13,168 nt of DNA. Source: Armatimonadota bacterium. GTDB taxonomy: Bacteria; Sysuimicrobiota; Sysuimicrobiia; Sysuimicrobiales; Humicultoraceae. A program made the translations under genes and the position numbers. The stretch lies in contig JBBIJB010000012.1 of the NCBI GenBank assembly GCA_037446215.1, positions 35,150 to 48,317 of the forward strand. The letters run 5' to 3'. Positions 11,689 through 13,168 of this stretch are shown piece after piece. Every line of letters starts with the position of its first letter. Position 1 is the first letter of the stretch. The notes beneath the pieces were generated by a model. That model was given only the letters and a program-made list of their open reading frames with translations. It was not told the DNA's origin and did not search any database.

Positions 11689-13036
11689 TCCGGAAGAGCC
11701 CGACGCCGACGGTCGGCTCGAAGAAGACGCTGTGCAGCCGCAGCGTGATGCCGTACTCCGGTCTCAGGAAGTAGCGGGCCTGCAGGTTGAGCGTCAGCTG
11801 GCTTATGTTGTACAGCTCCATCGTGTAGGCCGTGCTCGGCGAGGCGGAGTAGTCAAGGGCTCCGCCGAGATGGGAGTCGAGCAGGCCGTAGCGCAGGGTC
11901 AACCGCTCGTTCAGCCGCTGGCCTATCTGCAGCCCCAGACGGTTCCCGCCTCCCATCTCCCTCCACGTGACGTGGTAGCTGCGGTGCGCCTCGGGCAGTA
12001 GCGAGAAGATCACGTCGTGGCCGAGGCGCGACCCGTCGTAGATCAGGGAGTACTCGAGCCGATAGGAGGTTCTCAGGTCGGGGATCTCCAACCGATCGGG
12101 CACAACACGAGAGACCCGCTCTACCACCCGATCGGCTCGCCCTATCATGCCCCGCGCTTCGACGACCGCCTCTCTCGCCTCGGTCACGGTCTTGCGCGCC
12201 TCCTCGAGCGAGACCCTCACCGCCTTGACCTCCTGCTCGTTGATCACGCCGGAGAGGTCCTTGACCATCTTCTCTATTCCCGCCGCCGCCCGCTCGATCG
12301 AGGCCACGGTGGCCCTGATCTGCGCCGCGGTCTTGCCTTCGGCGTTCACATCCTTGACGATCGACGCAACATCGGCGGCGGTCTGGGCGAGGCCGGCCGC
12401 CATCTCCGTCAACCTCCGGGCCACCACGGGCGCCTCCGTGGCAAGCGATCGCTCCAGGGCCGCAGTGGTTCGCTCGATGCTCTCGGCGGAGCGCCTGACG
12501 CTGCGCGTTGCGTCTCGCGCCTCCGACACGGTGTCCAGCAGTCCCGCGGCCAGCCCCGGGTCTCCAATGAGCCTGTTGATGCTCGTCAGTGCCTCCTCGG
12601 CCTGTCGCGCCAGATTGGTGACGCGCTCGAACAGCTGGTCGACCGTCAACGGATCCGTGCCTGCGACGACCGTGCCGGGCGCGATCGGAAGGGCAGCCGG
12701 TGGACCGGGGAGTATGGCGACCAGGCGGTCCCCCAAGAGGCCGCTCGACGCGATCGCGAACCGCGAGCCCGTCGGGATCGTCGTTCCCGGCCGGATCCGC
12801 ATCGTGACTTGGGCCTGGAGCGTGTCCGTGAGGTGCACGCGCTCGACGCGGCCCACGTCTATCCCGGCCATCTGTACTGGCGCTCCGAGGGCGATGCCCC
12901 CAGCGCTGCCCAGGACCATGTGCAGCTCATACCCTTGGCGACGCAGGGCCAGGCCGCCCCTCAGGAATACCACAGAGGCCAGAAGGGCCGCGATCCCGAT
13001 GATCGTGACGATGCCAGCCTTGGTCTCCACGTTCAT
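11681..13036 (-). CDS. mlaD: MlaD/MCE family protein with long helical stalk and probable C-terminal beta-barrel
   Basis: GAGGTG SD upstream. N-terminal anchor ETKAGIVTIIGIAALLASVVFL. MCE motif AGGIALGAPVQMAGIDVGRV...SGLLGDRLVAILPG. About 190 aa helical region, then about 130 aa of amphipathic beta strands ending in Phe. Confidence 0.9.
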   Translation of the reverse strand: MNVETKAGIVTIIGIAALLASVVFLRGGLALRRQGYELHMVLGSAGGIALGAPVQMAGIDVGRVERVHLTDTLQAQVTMRIRPGTTIPTGSRFAIASSGLLGDRLVAILPGPPAALPIAPGTVVAGTDPLTVDQLFERVTNLARQAEEALTSINRLIGDPGLAAGLLDTVSEARDATRSVRRSAESIERTTAALERSLATEAPVVARRLTEMAAGLAQTAADVASIVKDVNAEGKTAAQIRATVASIERAAAGIEKMVKDLSGVINEQEVKAVRVSLEEARKTVTEAREAVVEARGMIGRADRVVERVSRVVPDRLEIPDLRTSYRLEYSLIYDGSRLGHDVIFSLLPEAHRSYHVTWREMGGGNRLGLQIGQRLNERLTLRYGLLDSHLGGALDYSASPSTAYTMELYNISQLTLNLQARYFLRPEYGITLRLHSVFFEPTVGVGLFRRF

Positions 13037-13167
13037 GGGTCCCTCACCTCGACTGCTCGCGTGTCTAGAAACCGCCTGACGAACGGGTCCTGCGAGGCGA
13101 TGATCTCCTGCGGTGCCCCCGACGCCACCAGCCTTCCCCCATCCATCACCGCGAGTGAGTCGGCGAG
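13033..13167 (-). CDS. mlaF: ABC transporter ATP-binding protein, MlaF/Mkl-like (only the C-terminal 44 aa are in the window)
   Basis: Manual translation LADSLAVMDGGRLVASGAPQEIIASQDPFVRRFLDTRAVEVRDP* matches the ABC ATPase C-terminus (AD..AV..G....G.P.EI..S.DP.V..FL). The stop overlaps the mlaD start (ATGA). Not in the ORF track. Confidence 0.8.
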   Translation of the reverse strand, partial: LADSLAVMDGGRLVASGAPQEIIASQDPFVRRFLDTRAVEVRDP

Positions 13168-13168
13168 G

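Noticed and set aside
12147..13079. 310-aa + strand ORF
   Set aside because: It is antisense to mlaD, with an S/T/A/R-rich composition typical of a shadow frame.
1..13168. CRISPR array, tRNA/rRNA, riboswitch, IS or prophage elements
   Set aside because: Intergenic gaps are at most 67 nt. I saw no regularly spaced repeats, transposase/integrase ORFs or obvious compositional shift.

Overview
High-GC, gene-dense bacterial chromosome window with no mobile element, CRISPR array or RNA gene detectable by eye. The + strand (1-11672) carries a tightly packed cluster: a 5'-truncated ABC-2-like permease, a membrane-anchored coiled-coil protein, a MoxR AAA+ ATPase, a DUF58 vWA-like protein, a BatA-domain vWA protein and a 910-aa double-vWA/glutamine-amidotransferase-like membrane protein. 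These are followed by a sirtuin deacylase, MTA phosphorylase (mtnP), a small 2-TM protein and low-specificity threonine aldolase (ltaE). Converging on the - strand are an MlaD/MCE protein with a long helical stalk and a probable C-terminal outer-membrane beta-barrel, and the 3' end of an MlaF-like ABC ATPase. The MlaD architecture suggests a diderm Terrabacteria host (inference). The best candidate for an uncharacterised system is the ABC permease-coiled coil-MoxR-DUF58-vWA-vWA module. Smaller points of interest are an 11-codon mini-ORF bridging two of its genes and a sirtuin translationally coupled to its end. All calls come from motif recognition by eye; no searches were run.
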